Shown: positions 42,330 through 56,360, counted from the first letter of the stretch. The stretch is DNA of 64,000 bases from Eledone cirrhosa (GCA_964016885.1 OZ024751.1:7936001-8000000); one strand, 5' to 3'. Numbers and translations are program-made. Notes: generated by a model from the sequence alone, not told the origin.

Positions 42330-44958
42330 ATGTGTTACAGGATGGAATACGTGGAGAGTATGGACTCTCTATTGAGAAGAGACACATGCATGGGGGTGCG
42401 TGGACCGGCTATACTGGAGCATGTCACTGTGGTTGAGGTATATTGTCCTATAGGTGTAATGCATTTGACTGAAAGTCAGTTGAATCCGGGTCAACCTGTC
42501 CCGGCTCAGGCTATGTTCTTGCCTAGGGTGACGTGCAGAGTCGGGTATAAATCCCGGGTTATTTCGGTTTACCCCACAGGGCATATATAGCCATCAGTGT
42601 ATGGTGTCTGATAGCTTGAACCCGTTTCGCCGCTCTGGTCGGCGGACGCTCTGCCGCATAGCCTGAGCTTCCCGGTGGATTCCATGCGGAGAGTGTGCAC
42701 CTTCTCACGTCTCTGCACGTCATGGTTATTTCCGATTTCAGGTTGACCGCATCATCCTTCAGTCTGACTATCTCCATCCATGGACTTGTAGCCTCCATAG
42801 CCTACAATTTTTGTTATCCAGCCGACTATGCATTCGTGTGCCGAACGATACTCCAGTCAAGGGCATACGGGGTGCCTTTGTCTTTCAAGTCCCACACCAG
42901 GTCCGCTAGCCTAGTAGAGTGCCTCTTACTCCGATCTTTGAAAGGGTTCGTGTGGTTATACATCCGCAATTTAAAGGTCGTTGATGTTACGCCGATGTAG
43001 GTGCGTTTTATATTGCGTGTGCTAACCGCACATTTATATATAAGCCCCTTCGTCAGGCATCTTCCCTGCAGGGGGAACTGCATGTCTGCTCTGCAGTTGC
43101 ACGTTCTGTCGTTATGTTGTTCATTTCGGACGCCAGGCCTTTGATCTGCTAGAGCCCTCTCCCGATTCTCCGCCACTCATTCCCGCCCGGCGTTGGATTG
43201 TATGGTCTTCCGCCGGCGTGGCGGCCGCCGTGAGGGCCGGGTTGTGGTTGGAAGACCGGTCTCCGAGGGGCCCTCCGTGCTCTGATGGACGGTGATTCTT
43301 CCACCGCGGTTGACGGTCGACGTTCGTTCCCCATCTTCACCGCGTTGGTTTTGGCCATGATAGGTGCTGTGGAGAAGGAAAACTTCACCGTGTGGCGGTT
43401 GAAAATATTATGCTATCTGTTCGACGGCGGGAAGCATTCGTCTAACGCTCGGAAAAAGAGGCCTCGTATATGTCTGCATACATGCTTACAATACGGCGTG
43501 TTAAACCATGTAACGGCCTTATATCTACTCTTGTTCTTTCGTGTGTGTGTAGCAGCGTGAAATTGTTTTGGGTCTGGTTTCCGTCTCGGGTTTTGCCCGC
43601 CTATTATCCGTCCCCAATGGTGCCTCTATCTAGGTCTAATGTTGGCGTCGGGGTTACGCCTTTCGCCTACTAAGCTATTCCGTTTTGTATTGTCGGCTCT
43701 ACTGTTAGTCTCCTTAATGCTATGTGGTGTTGTTGTAGGGGCTATACCATTGCTACCGGGCCGGGTCTTCCGTCTACCGGGTGCCACGGCCGTACTTGTC
43801 CTTACCTTGTCCCTATTTCTAGTTTCCGAGACGCATCTGGTGTGCGAGCCGGGCTTTTGTCTACGTGTTCTATGTGGTCTGTCGCCCATGTGTGTATTCG
43901 TCAGTCCTATTTTCGGTGCTGTGTCCTTATGGTGATATATGCTGCTACTCGTGTTCTTGGAGGCTAGTTCCGGGTCGTTTCTTCTACCTATGGAAGTGCC
44001 ACTGCTATTGCCGTATCCGCATGCCCCGGCGCTAGGCTCTTACCCGTCTGTGGTATACACTATGCTCTCTCCGTAACCGGCCCTGCGCAGTGCCTCATTC
44101 TAATAGTTGGCGTGCTGGTTGAACGTCTGCGTTGGACGACAGGGTGGATATGCGTTTAGATACCCCTTTAACTATTGTTTCTATGAATGACTTGGGGTGG
44201 TTCGGTTGCCTGTTCACATATTTTAGCTTCTAATGTGGCTTGTGATAATGTCGGTGGATGCCCGTATTCATTTCCAGGGTAACATCCAGGAAATGCACCC
44301 TCTCAGTGCTAGAATCTCTCGTCACGGATGAGCCGGGTTGCTTAAAAAAGTGCGATATGCGCTTCATCATAAGCTCCAGCTGGTTGGGGTTTAGGGAACG
44401 GAAGGTAAAAAGTGCATCGTCTCTGTATATTCCTCCGCCGTTCCCTGGGATCTCCTCCGCTAATCTTTGGAGGAGATAGATCTCCACCAGGTCGGTCTCC
44501 TGCGCAGAGTCGCTCGACCCCATATTAATATCGAAACTGTTGAGTCTGTCCCACTTCTCCCATAACTTGTCTTCGAAGCTAATTAGCGTATTTCTAGCTG
44601 TTATTATGAGGCTTGCCTCCTCCCTAGTGAGGTTGTACTTGGCCATGTCGCTCATGAGAGCCTTGTTAACTACTTAAGGTGATACTGACGCGTAGTAATT
44701 ATCTATGTCTAATTGATTAAAATATACCTGGTGCTTGCTATCTATTAACGAGAACCAGTCAATTACCTCCTTGGTGGAGGTCCATAAGCTAAGCCTAGTT
44801 TTGTTGCTAAGTACCGGTAGTATCCTGTGTATGATAATCTTGCTGGTCATACCTATGTCTGCTTCGGAGCGTGCTATTAGCCTAACATGTAAATTAGTTC
44901 TAAAGGATCATAAATTAGTCTTTAGAACTAATCTACCTGTTAGGCTAAAATCAGGCTA
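42330..44958 (-). mobile_element. Degenerate Penelope-like element (third lineage)
   Basis: FDINMGSSDSAQ..DLVEIYLL, GIYRDD, VHFLDVTL RT motifs; TWFNTPY...IFNRHTVKFSFS linker; CNCR...PLQGRCLTKGLIYK...YIGVT...FKLRMYNH GIY-YIG. Multiple stops and frameshifts. Confidence 0.88.
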
Positions 44959-45787
44959 ATATATATATATAAGGGATAACAAATTATCGTTAAAGGTAAT
45001 CCAGTTAGAGGTTGTGAATACGCCGTATTGTGTATAGTTTTAGCGTACGGCCTTGTTTGACTCAACTCGGGAATTCCTATGCAGGTTAATCTAGGAGTAA
45101 TAATAGTGAAAGAGTGAAGAATAACATGGTCAACAGTACAAAAAGGGTTTTATTTACAGTATTAACAATCGTTTCATTGATTAAGTTGTCTAAAAATTGC
45201 TAATCACTTGAAGTTGTGTCACTCAATTTTAAATCAATGTGTGCTTAATCAAATCACCGGAAAAAAACTGATTAAAATTATACACGGCGTTTGTAATATA
45301 CTAGGAAAATTCAAATCACAACATCAGTAATAGAGAAAGAAAAATAAAAAAAGAAAAGGTGAGACAGAACGAGAAAAAAAAAAATAGAAAAAAGATAAAG
45401 AAAAAAATAATAAATAAATAATAATAAATAAGTTTGAATGAAGATGATAACAAAAAAAAATGTGATATGCGTGTGAAGAAAAGTGAATATAATATGATTG
45501 TTGACAATAGTTGTGGTGATGGTGGTGGTGGTTAAAATATAAAGATGTGATGGTATAAATATGAAAATATTAAATATATACATATATGTATTGGTTAAAT
45601 TATATTATGAAGAAATAGTACAGTGCTAAATAAAGGGTAAATTAATAAATTGGATGTTATGTTAGAGGTGAAGAGAACACGATAGGATATAATGGAACAG
45701 CTGAAATAGTTTTAGGGATAGAGAGTGAAAGAAAGAAAAGTTAGGAGCTTATGATGTTGATTCAGTGATTAGTTGATTTATTGACAG

Positions 45788-45985
45788 TTAATAATAATAA
45801 TTGTTTCTACGTTTGGCACAAGGCCAGCAATTATCCAGTACATTGCTGGTACTTTATTTTATCGACCCCGTAAGGATGAAACGCAAAGTTAACCTCGACG
45901 GTATTTGAACTCAGACAGTAAAGGGATGTAAATATGCTGGAAAGCATGGCGTCCGACTCTCTACCGATACTGCCAATCCACCAAT
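45788..45985 (-). mobile_element. tRNA-derived SINE, full length
   Basis: Matches the SINE consensus from tail to A-box head (ctgccaatccacc). Confidence 0.88.
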
Positions 45986-46158
45986 AATAATAATGGGTTA
46001 TTATAATAGACTCAGGTGGTACAGTTTGAATTATGGAATTGTTGGGTCGAATTAAGTTGGTTATGCCTACAGAAAATTGGCCGTTCTAATTGTGTGACAC
46101 AACTTCAATGGATTAGCAATTTTTAAACAAACTAATCAATGAAACAATTGTTAATAAT

Positions 46159-46271
46159 TTGTCCTACTTTTGGCACAAGGCCAACAATTATCGCAGTGCA
46201 CTATTGGTACTTTATTTTATCGACCCCGTAAGGATGAAAGGCAAAGTTAACCACGGCGGTATTTGAACAAA
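46159..46271 (-). mobile_element. 5'-truncated SINE with 9-bp TSD
   Basis: gttaataat at 46150-46158 and 46272-46280 flanks it. Confidence 0.85.
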
Positions 46272-46328
46272 GTTAATAATGTATATAAAATCCGTTTTGT
46301 ACTGTTGACCATGTTATTCTTCACTCTT

Positions 46329-46456
<128 letters not shown>

Positions 46457-46667
46457 ATTTTATCATTTATTTTGTTTGACCTGTTTAGCTTCACTTATTT
46501 TTTGGCTTAAGTGGTTAATGCCTTCTTGATCACTTTTTCAGTTTGTATGGCGTTTTAACATACGTTTAGCTCTGTTTTTTATTATATAGAACGCTTGCCA
46601 GCATAACTCTAATTTGTTTTTCGTTTCGCTTTTTCTACACGCCGTAATGCGATTCTCGCTGAATTTA

Positions 46668-46703
<36 letters not shown>

Positions 46704-46706
<3 letters not shown>

Positions 46707-49026
46707 TCTGCAAAATCCTACTTCAGTGCCTCAAAAGTGGCGCAGCGGTGACCCTGGCTGTCTGATAGCTACGGTAGCGGGACTCAATGTCCTGGCAGGT
46801 TTTACCATGCTACACAGGTATCAGACTATTGGTCCTAGAGATGATTCATTATCTTCTAGAGTTCAAAAGCTAGCTAAACTGAAGAGGTACCGGCCTGCCC
46901 ACCCAGCCAGTGGGATGGTGTTATCTCATGGCTAAAACAGCACGATGAAAAGGGCTTCAGTACACTGCGAGTCAATCGGGTCACTCCACGACGGCGGAGT
47001 GCAACCCGAGCGACGAGAGACTGCTAAGAATCACAGGTTCTCGAAGGCCGCCATGGAACAGGACTAAACTCGCCATATGCACCTACAACTGCAGATCTTT
47101 GGCAGATGGGCAAGGACTGAACGACCTAATAGAGGAGAAAAGAAGATCAGGTGTGACGTGTTAGGGCTGTGCGAGACCCACCAGAAGAAGAAGGCAAGTT
47201 CGCGATGGCAAGATGGATGCGCCGTGAGACTCGGGAAAGCAGAGGGTGCCAGATCGGTCGGAGGTACAGGGCTCATCGTAAGCAAGGAATGGGCTTCGAA
47301 GGTCGCTTCTTGCCAGTTCATATCGTCACGGATTTGTGTACTGAACGTAAACCTCTCAGGGAAGGCCACCCTAAAGATCGTCCAGACCTACGCTCCCACA
47401 AGTGCCAGCGACGACGATGAATTGGAAGAATTCTGTCGCCAGCCTCACAAAGTGCTGGATGTGAAGTCCACTTAAACAGTCGTGATGGTAAACTTCAACG
47501 CAAAGGTCGGACAGGGACGGCAAGGCGAAGAGTATGTCCGAAGATTCGGCCTAGGAAAGTGAAATGAGAGGGGAGAGCGTCTGGTCACCTTGGCGCAGGC
47601 GAGACGGCTCGACATCGGAAACAGCCTATTCAGGAAGAAGGAGAAGAGATGTACTCGGGTATAGCCAAATTCTGAGCACTGAAAGGAGATCGACTACATC
47701 CTGGTCTACAAGCGATGCATACTGCTGGCCGTCTCCATCATAACGCCATTCAACACTGGCAGTGATCATCATCTGGTGAGGGCGAAGGTCGTCATCGACC
47801 GAATGAGGGAGACGAAGGCGCTGCATTTGACGTCGAAGGGAGAACGCGTCAGGATGGTCAACGAGGCGCAGCTGCAGGAAGCCATTGTGCAGGGAAACTG
47901 GCGTCAAGGAGACGACATAGACGCTGACTACGACTCACTGATAAGGCTTCCGGAAGAACTATAGCACGATGGACAACATAATAACTCTGACACAACTGCT
48001 TGAGCGAGCGAAAGAGTATAAGATGCCTCTTTGCGTGGCGCTCGTAGACTACGAGAAGGCCTTCGACAGCGTCGAAATCAATGCAGTGCTGAACTCGCCG
48101 CAGAGGCAAGGAATCGAGGAGCAATTCGTTCAACTGCTCAAGGAGGCGAATTACGGATGCACCACCGAAATAGCTCTGCTGTCATCACCCGTACGAGTGC
48201 CGGTCGAGAAGGGAGTGACGCAAGGAGATACGATGTCTCCAAAACGTTTCACTGCGTGTCTCAAGCAGATCATCAGAGGCATTGATTGGCAAGGCGGTGT
48301 CAACATCGACGGCGAGATACTTACCCACCTCCATTTCGCCGATGACATCGTACTCATCACTGAAACCACGGATCAGCTTCAGACCATGCTGACGGAGCTC
48401 GACGTCAACAGCTCTGCAGTAGGCCTCAATATGAACCGCATGAAAACGATGTTCATGCGGTCCGACAACGTACCAACAGGTCGAATGGTGGTTGGCGGTG
48501 ATGAGATAGAGAAGGTGGAGGAATACGTCTACCTGGGACAAGAAGTGAACATGCACCGAGACATTGAAATGGAGATCTCGCGGAAAATAAGGGCCGGATG
48601 GAAGGCGTTCAACGGCATAATGGATGTGCTCAAGGGGAGTTTGGACAAGACCACCCGCGCCAACCTCTTCAATAGCACAGTTTTACCTGCAATGTTATAT
48701 GGCAGTCAAACTTGGGCTACAACGAAGAGAGAAGAGCAGAGGCTGGTAACGGCTCAAAGAGTCATGGAGAGATCAATGCTAGGATTCTCGTTGAGAGAGC
48801 ACATCAGAGGCTAAGTCATCAGACAGAAGACCGGCGTGATGGACATCATCACGGAATATATGCGCAGCAAATTCAGATGGGATGGACAGGTCGCCGGGTT
48901 CACCGATAATCGGTGAACTCGCGAGTTGCCGAGTGGTACCCGCGCGAGCGGAAACGACCACTCGGAAGGCCTCCACGAAGGTGGAGTTACGATATTAGGA
49001 ATATGATTGGGACTACATGGATGAGG

Positions 49027-49030
<4 letters not shown>
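46704..49030 (+). mobile_element. RTE-clade LINE, degenerate and internally deleted
   Basis: APE endonuclease (DVLGLCET, IVQTYAPTS, NFNAKVG, EIDYIL, GSDHHLV) joined at ~47944 to RT (GFRKNYSTMD, VDYEKAFDSV, GVTQGDTMSP, HFADD, YVYLG) and WYPRERKRPLGRP..RW. (TA)n on both sides. Confidence 0.93.
47969..48814 (+). pseudogene. RTE reverse transcriptase fragment
   Basis: 281-aa open segment with the canonical non-LTR RT motifs. Confidence 0.9.
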
Positions 49031-49083
<53 letters not shown>

Positions 49084-49113
49084 GTAATCAGAGTTTTTCC
49101 AATAGTAATAATA

Positions 49114-49637
49114 ACATTCGATTCGTTTGCAATTATGCAAACAAGCCTCAATTTTATAGCCATGTCAGTAGAATGAACACTTCATTCATGCTCTTATGTT
49201 GACACGTGAACAGAACTGCATACACTAATGTTTCTGGGTATCACCTTTCATCAGTACAGCTCACTGTTCACCTGCCAAACTGTCAGAGCTAGTGAAAATA
49301 TATGCTACTTTCAGAAATACACAGTGGCTGATCGGCCTCATTTGCATATTAGCAGTGCATCTGCTAATATGCAGATCTGACTGATCGGCCAGTCTGCTAA
49401 TATGCAAATCAGGCTTATCAGTCACCGTGTATTTTTGAAAATAGCATATATTTTCACAAGCTCTGATAGTTTTGGCAGGTGAACAGTGAGCTGTACTGAT
49501 GAATGGTGATACACAGAAACATCAGTGTCTGCAGTTCTGTTTACATGCCAACACAAGATCAATAATGTAGGGTTCATTCTACTGACATGGTTATAAAATT
49601 GAGGCTTATTTTCCATAATTGCCAACGAATCGAATGT
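49114..49637. mobile_element. Fold-back element with paired HHRs and central octamers (family B)
   Basis: ~240-bp arms at 49114-49355 and 49394-49637. ATTTGCAT/ATGCAAAT near the centre. HHR in each arm. Confidence 0.88.
49490..49535 (+). ncRNA. Type I hammerhead ribozyme, intact core
   Basis: gctgta-CTGATGA-atggtgatacaca-GAAA-ca-tcag-tg-TC-tgcagt. Mirror copy at 49214-49260 (-) with a GTA cleavage triplet. Confidence 0.8.
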
Positions 49638-49822
49638 AGATTGGCAGTATCGGTGGAGGGTCGGTCGCCATGCTTTTCAGCATAGTTACGTCCCTTTACG
49701 ATCTGAGTTCAAATCCCGCCGAGGTTGACTTCGCCTTTCATCCTTACGGGGTCGATAAAATAAAGTACCAGTAATGCACTGGGTATTTGCTGGCCTTGTG
49801 CCTAAAGTAGAAACAATTATTA
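49638..49822 (+). mobile_element. tRNA-derived SINE, best-preserved copy
   Basis: A box tggcagtatcgg, B box gagttcaaatcc, core gcctttcatccttacggggtcgataaaataaagtacc, AT-rich tail. Confidence 0.9.
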
Positions 49823-49984
49823 ATATTCCAAAAGCTGACATTACATTTATTTTATTCAGCCATGTAGAACGAACAATTTATTTTATAAATATATATATAT
49901 ATATATATTGTAGTTCAAATTTGGTATAAATGTACGATGCCATAAATCACTCATCATATATGAGAAATTAAGCAAAATCGGTAA

Positions 49985-50730
<746 letters not shown>

Positions 50731-51559
50731 ACAGGTAGTTACGTTTCGTTGTGGTTTTTACCCCAACTCTTTCACTCTCTTTATGACGAGTTGAATGAGT
50801 TGGGTAAACCTAAGTACCTGTATATGTCGCTGTTGTAACTGATTATATATATCGCTGTGTCTCTGTATGCGACCCCAAGTACTTATGGGTGTGTGTTTAT
50901 ATCTGTGATGTCACATAGATATTTCAAAGATATAATGGTGCTTAAAAACATTTCACAATTAGTTAGTATTGCACGATAATGACTTTCATGTACACTCACA
51001 CATTTTGAATTTAATTTCCCTTGCACCGATAGGCAGCAGGCCAAATGCAGTTATTGACCTTCAGAATAAAAATATCGATCTCGATTGAATTAAAACATTG
51101 TTGTTCCATCAACAGTATATTCTATACATATTGTATGTGTGAGATAGGTACTGATTTCTCAGGAATTGGTATAGTCATTTGAATCTATTTATAAATAGAG
51201 GCAGTATTGTTTACATCATCTCCAGTGGTGTGAGATCTTATTAGAACCTGAGATAAAAATGAAAAAGAAAGTAACAAACTAAATTCCTCATCAACGCTTA
51301 TTACTTACTGAAACAATCCATATCCTGTGACATTCAGAGCCAAACATGTAACATTGTTGATCCTGTAGTTTAGAGGAATGGTAAAAAACGTGAATGTGAC
51401 TCAGTTGCATTTCACCCATTATCAATTATATGATTGTGTAGATCCAAAGAAGAGAAAGCGTACTGGTGTATTGTATAACTATCACGTTCGTCACTTCAGG
51501 ATAGTTGGCGAAGTTAGTTTCCACCCTATGGTTTACTAGGTGCAAAATATTGGTTGCTG

Positions 51560-51765
51560 ATTCGGCACAAGGTCAACAAATTTGGGGAGGGGACAGTCAA
51601 TTAAATCGGGCCCAGTGCATTACTGGTACTTTATTTTATCGACCCAGTGAGGATGAAAGGCAAAAGCTAACCTCAAAAGAGTTGAATTCAGAACTTAAAG
51701 GAGTGTACTCCAGTGCTATTAATTGTGTTGTCCGATGCCCTACCGATACTGCCAATCCACCGCCC
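51560..51765 (-). mobile_element. tRNA-derived SINE
   Basis: Reverse-complement match to the SINE consensus. Confidence 0.85.
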
Positions 51766-52619
51766 TACTTGGAGCAAAACATTGATAACAGCATAACAAG
51801 AGGTAACCCTTTAGATTAAACAGTATTTTACTAAACTAATATAAATAAATATTTTTAATTTATAACTATACAATTTGATTTGAATATATGACGGGATCTT
51901 ATCATTTCTTTATTATCTCTTCGAATAAAATGTTTAACGGTATTCAATTCTATATATTGTGGAATTGTGATATTTATATAGTGTAGTATTTTCTTAATTT
52001 AACTGATACATATAGAAGCAGAATATTTATATTCCATCAATTACCTGTAGGTGAACACGAGAAGTGTTTTTAGAGATTACGTGAGAGAATTCTGCATAAA
52101 ATCTGAAGCTGTTTTATATTTAATCTTGTGATTTTCACACAACTTTCTATTCCAAGAGGAAAACCGATATTTAGAAATACTATCTGTTTTCATTTGAGAA
52201 ATATTTGTAAGTTTAACAGTCAATGTCTTATGAGAATTTCTGTGAGATATTCTTTGGATTTCATATCTGATTAGCAACAGTGAATGGAAAAATTAAATGA
52301 ATAACCGTAACACTAGTGCACGGCAGATGTTTTATATATATATATACGTATGTGTGTTTGTGTGTGTTTGTGTGTGTGTTTGTGTGTGTGTGTGTATGTA
52401 TGTTCACGCATAACAATCATAAAATACATAGATCCTCATTTGTGTATACATATTATAGGACCATATGCTCAGACACACACATGCACACACAAATCTATGT
52501 TTTAAGCGCCGAAACATCTATGATCTGCAGTTAACAGCTGGTGAAGCGGGTCTTTGCTTGTTTCATCCACATTACCATCTTATGCAATATATATATATAT
52601 ATATATAATTAAATGTAAG

Positions 52620-52921
52620 TATGCCTGACCGATTTAACTCACTCAATATGCAAATTAGGCTGCTCAGCCGTTAATTTTCATAAGGAAAGTATATACTTTC
52701 GAACGTTCAACTATCTGGCAGATGGGTATACGGTGCTGATGATAGCTAACAAGCTTGAAACTAGTACATATTTCCTGTGTCAGTGTTGAACAAAAAGGTG
52801 ACGTGGTTGCCTTAACACCGTATGGCATAAATTCAGGCTGTTCAGTTTGTTTACAAACGAACAAAGCGCGTTATAATAAGCGTCCGCTAAACAGATGCGT
52901 GCATATATGTATGTGTACCTG

Positions 52922-52973
<52 letters not shown>

Positions 52974-53088
52974 TGCTACTGTACGTCTGTATACATATAT
53001 GTATGTACGTATACATACATACTTACATTTAAGTAAGTGCCATACTAAGAGTGAGAAATGAAATTTCGTTTTCATTTTCTTCAACTTA
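52620..53088 (+). mobile_element. Family A single permuted monomer
   Basis: Starts just before the octamer (~52648), HHR CTGATGA...GAAA-ctag-TA at 52736-52766, ends at the segment that precedes the start in tandem copies. (TA)n on both sides. Confidence 0.85.
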
Positions 53089-53099
53089 TATATAATTAA

Positions 53100-53233
<134 letters not shown>

Positions 53234-53372
53234 TATAGAATTTACATGAATCAAAGTTCTGTTTAAATTATTTATTTGCTTACAATTGTTTCTTCCAAAC
53301 CTAGGTTTGGAAGAAACAATTGTAAGCAAATATATGATTAAAACAGAACTTTGATTCATGTAATTTCTATAT
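53234..53372. repeat. Hairpin palindrome centred on CTAG (53301-53304)
   Basis: ~67-bp arms, each carrying only the HHR 3' half GAAA-caattg-TA. Confidence 0.9.
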
Positions 53373-53528
53373 AACTGCTCTGTAAAACAAATGACGTTGT
53401 TACATTGGGCTATTTATCTTACTGGTAATAAGGTAGTAATAAATTACTGTCTTTCACTATTTAGGTTTTAAAATATATATAACAATAAAAGGATTTAGTA
53501 TATACATAACCATAAATAGTATCCTTAA

Positions 53529-53637
<109 letters not shown>

Positions 53638-54099
53638 CATATATATATATGAGTGTGTGTTAATGCAAACATACAATTATTTATGTTTATAAATACATGT
53701 GTGTGTGTTGATCGTATATGTGTATACATATGTGCTAGTCTGTGGGTAAATACATATTTAAATTTATGTTCTAAATCTATATAGAAACCACATGCCCTAT
53801 CAGTGGGCTTGATCCTTTTATAATCAAATTAATGCTTATAACGATTAATATCATTGATATGAAAATCTTAACCGTTAATCGATAATCGATTTATGTTCTT
53901 GCATAATTTATCGATGAAAGCCTTAATTTAAAGTGTAATACCTAACAATTTTCGACTTTAGATGGAATACAATATGGTGTTAAGTTTAATGGATTGGCGG
54001 TATTTACCTACACATATGTGGAATATTTGTTGATATTGAATATAGAATTGCAAATATAAAGTTGAAATAGCAAGCGTGTACATTTTGTTGGGGAGGATA

Positions 54100-54985
54100 G
54101 CTGTGTTATGTTACAACGTAACTTGTGTTTTGTATACACAGCTAAGAGCGGTGAACATTGTAACACGGGTTATGTTACACAGTTAATAATGGTAAACATC
54201 GTAGCGTTTGTTATGTTACACAGCTAACAGCGGTGAACATTTTAACACGTGGTATGTTACACAGTTAATAAGGGTAAACATCGTAGCATTTGTTATGTTA
54301 CACAGCTAACAGCGGTGAACATTGTAACACGTGGTATGTTACACATTACCAAGGGTAAACAACGTAGCCTATGTTGTGTTACACAGCTAACAACGGCGAA
54401 CACTGTAACACGTGGTATGTTACACAGTTAACAAGGGTAAACAACGTAGCCTGTGTTAGGTTACACAGCTAACAACCGTAAACAACGTAGCCTGTGTTAT
54501 GTTACACATCTAACAAGCGTAGACAACGTAGCCTGTGTTATGTTACCCAGCTAACAACGGTGAACATTGTAACACGTTGTATGTTTCACAGGTAACAAGG
54601 GTAAATGATGTGACTTGTGTTATATTACTGAACTAACAACGTTTAACGAGCTAATTTGTATTATGTCACACTGTTTACAACGTTAAACCATGTAATGTAT
54701 TCTATGTTACACAGCTGTAATTTTAGTATGTTACTCAATTAACAACACTAAACACTGTAACTTATTTTATATTACACAGCTAAAAAGTTAAACGATATGA
54801 CTTGTGTTATGTTTCACAGTTAACAACGGTGGACAATGTAAAATGTGTTATATTTCAGTTAACAACGGTGAACAATGTAAAATGTGTTATATTTCAGTTA
54901 ACAACGGTGAACAATGTAAAACGTGTTATATTTCAGTTAACGCCGGTGAACAATGTAAATTGTGTTATGTTACTCAGTTGACAAG
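54100..54985. repeat. Minisatellite: 41-bp monomers (A/B dimers) grading to 39-bp monomers
   Basis: tgttacac recurs at 54214, 54255 and 54296; 39-bp period at 54841/54880. Confidence 0.9.
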
Positions 54986-55024
54986 AACATTTCAGGTTCC
55001 AACATTTGACACACTTTTTTTTTT

Positions 55025-55195
55025 GTAAGTCGATTAAATAGACACCATTACTTGATTGATCCTTTCTTTTATCGATCTTGAAATGATGAAAGGCAAAACT
55101 GTCCTCGGTGAGATATGAACTTAGAGAGTAAATGACGGTAACTTAACACCGAAAATATTTTGACCGACGCTTGATCGATCCTTCCAATTGACTAG
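55025..55195 (-). mobile_element. Old SINE copy
   Basis: tttatcgatcttgaaatgatgaaaggcaaaactgtcctcgg...tgaactta, a degenerate match to the consensus. Confidence 0.65.
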
Positions 55196-56034
55196 CCTTC
55201 AATTTATCTTGAAATGATTTCTTAGTGAGCCGTAAGGAGGGATGATGTACATGATTCGTTTGTGGCATTTTGAGTTGCAGTTATAAGAATATAAGTTACA
55301 ACAGTGAAAATGTTACTATGGGCATGATTTCACAAGCCCGATTCAAAGTCTCTTCTTCCATGACTGTCTCTCAGATATACAAAAATATATTACTACATCG
55401 ACATTTTATATTCAAAATTTCAATTGGAAAAAGTATAATTGGTGGTAGGATATCTAGGAATATTATATTATTCTTTTAAATATATAGATTTATTTTACAA
55501 TATCATTCTTCCTTGTCTACATATATCAACACTATAGTCAATCTTTGTCTGGTATCGACCACTATATGGCTACAAGTATTTTCAATGTTTTTAATAAATA
55601 TCCGTAAAAAGTGTACCATCGCAATACGTCGTAACTATAGGATCTTACATAATACCATGAATCAAGTACGTTAAATATCCATCGTATGACCAGTTCCTTG
55701 TGTATTTCTTATTAGCTTACATGCTATTAACGGTATCCATGCTTAAAGTCATATAAAAATAAAACGGCACCAGTTCTCCAACGAGGCTGAAATTGTATAA
55801 TTCCCTGGTGAATTTAATCATTTTGTATGGATATAAGAGTTGAAATTTCATGGCTGACATGGAACGAATTATTCACGCAATCGACCACAAGTGCTCCAGA
55901 AGGCAAATACACATCCCGTACATGGTGCTCAAAACAAAGAGTTCTGCAGGCAGTAATTTAACAAATAAGTTGGAAGACTGAAACCATTCCCTTCGACTGT
56001 GAAAAGTGGGAAGTTTGGCCATATATCCAGCCAT

Positions 56035-56360
56035 AGGAACTGGCACTCCACTAACTACGACGACAAATGTTCCAATTGATCCAATCTATGGAACAGCTTA
56101 CTCATGAAAATAACGAGCAAGTGGATGAGCATTCCACATAAACGCGTAACCTTAAAGTAGTTCTCTGGGAGATTCAGTGTAAAACCGAACGTGAAAAGGC
56201 TGGCCCTTCTAATTACAAGTACCACTTATTTTTTCCAGCTGAGTGGACTGGAACAAAGTGAAATAAAGTGTCTTGCTCAAAGACCCAACGACCCACCGGG
56301 AATCGACGACATACGGTTTTGAGCCGAATATCTTAATCACAAAGCCACTCACCTTCACAC
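56035..56360 (-). mobile_element. SINE (second type) with 11-bp TSD
   Basis: gctgagtggactggaacaaagtgaaataaagtgtcttgctcaa core; atccagccata is duplicated on both flanks. Confidence 0.8.

Noticed and set aside
49638-49725. tRNA gene
   Set aside because: The A/B boxes belong to a SINE head that continues into the SINE core; no cloverleaf or terminator.
54100-54985. CRISPR array or C2H2 zinc-finger array
   Set aside because: No unique spacers or cas genes, and a eukaryotic context. The 41/82-bp period is not a codon multiple and no CxxC...HxxxH motif is present.
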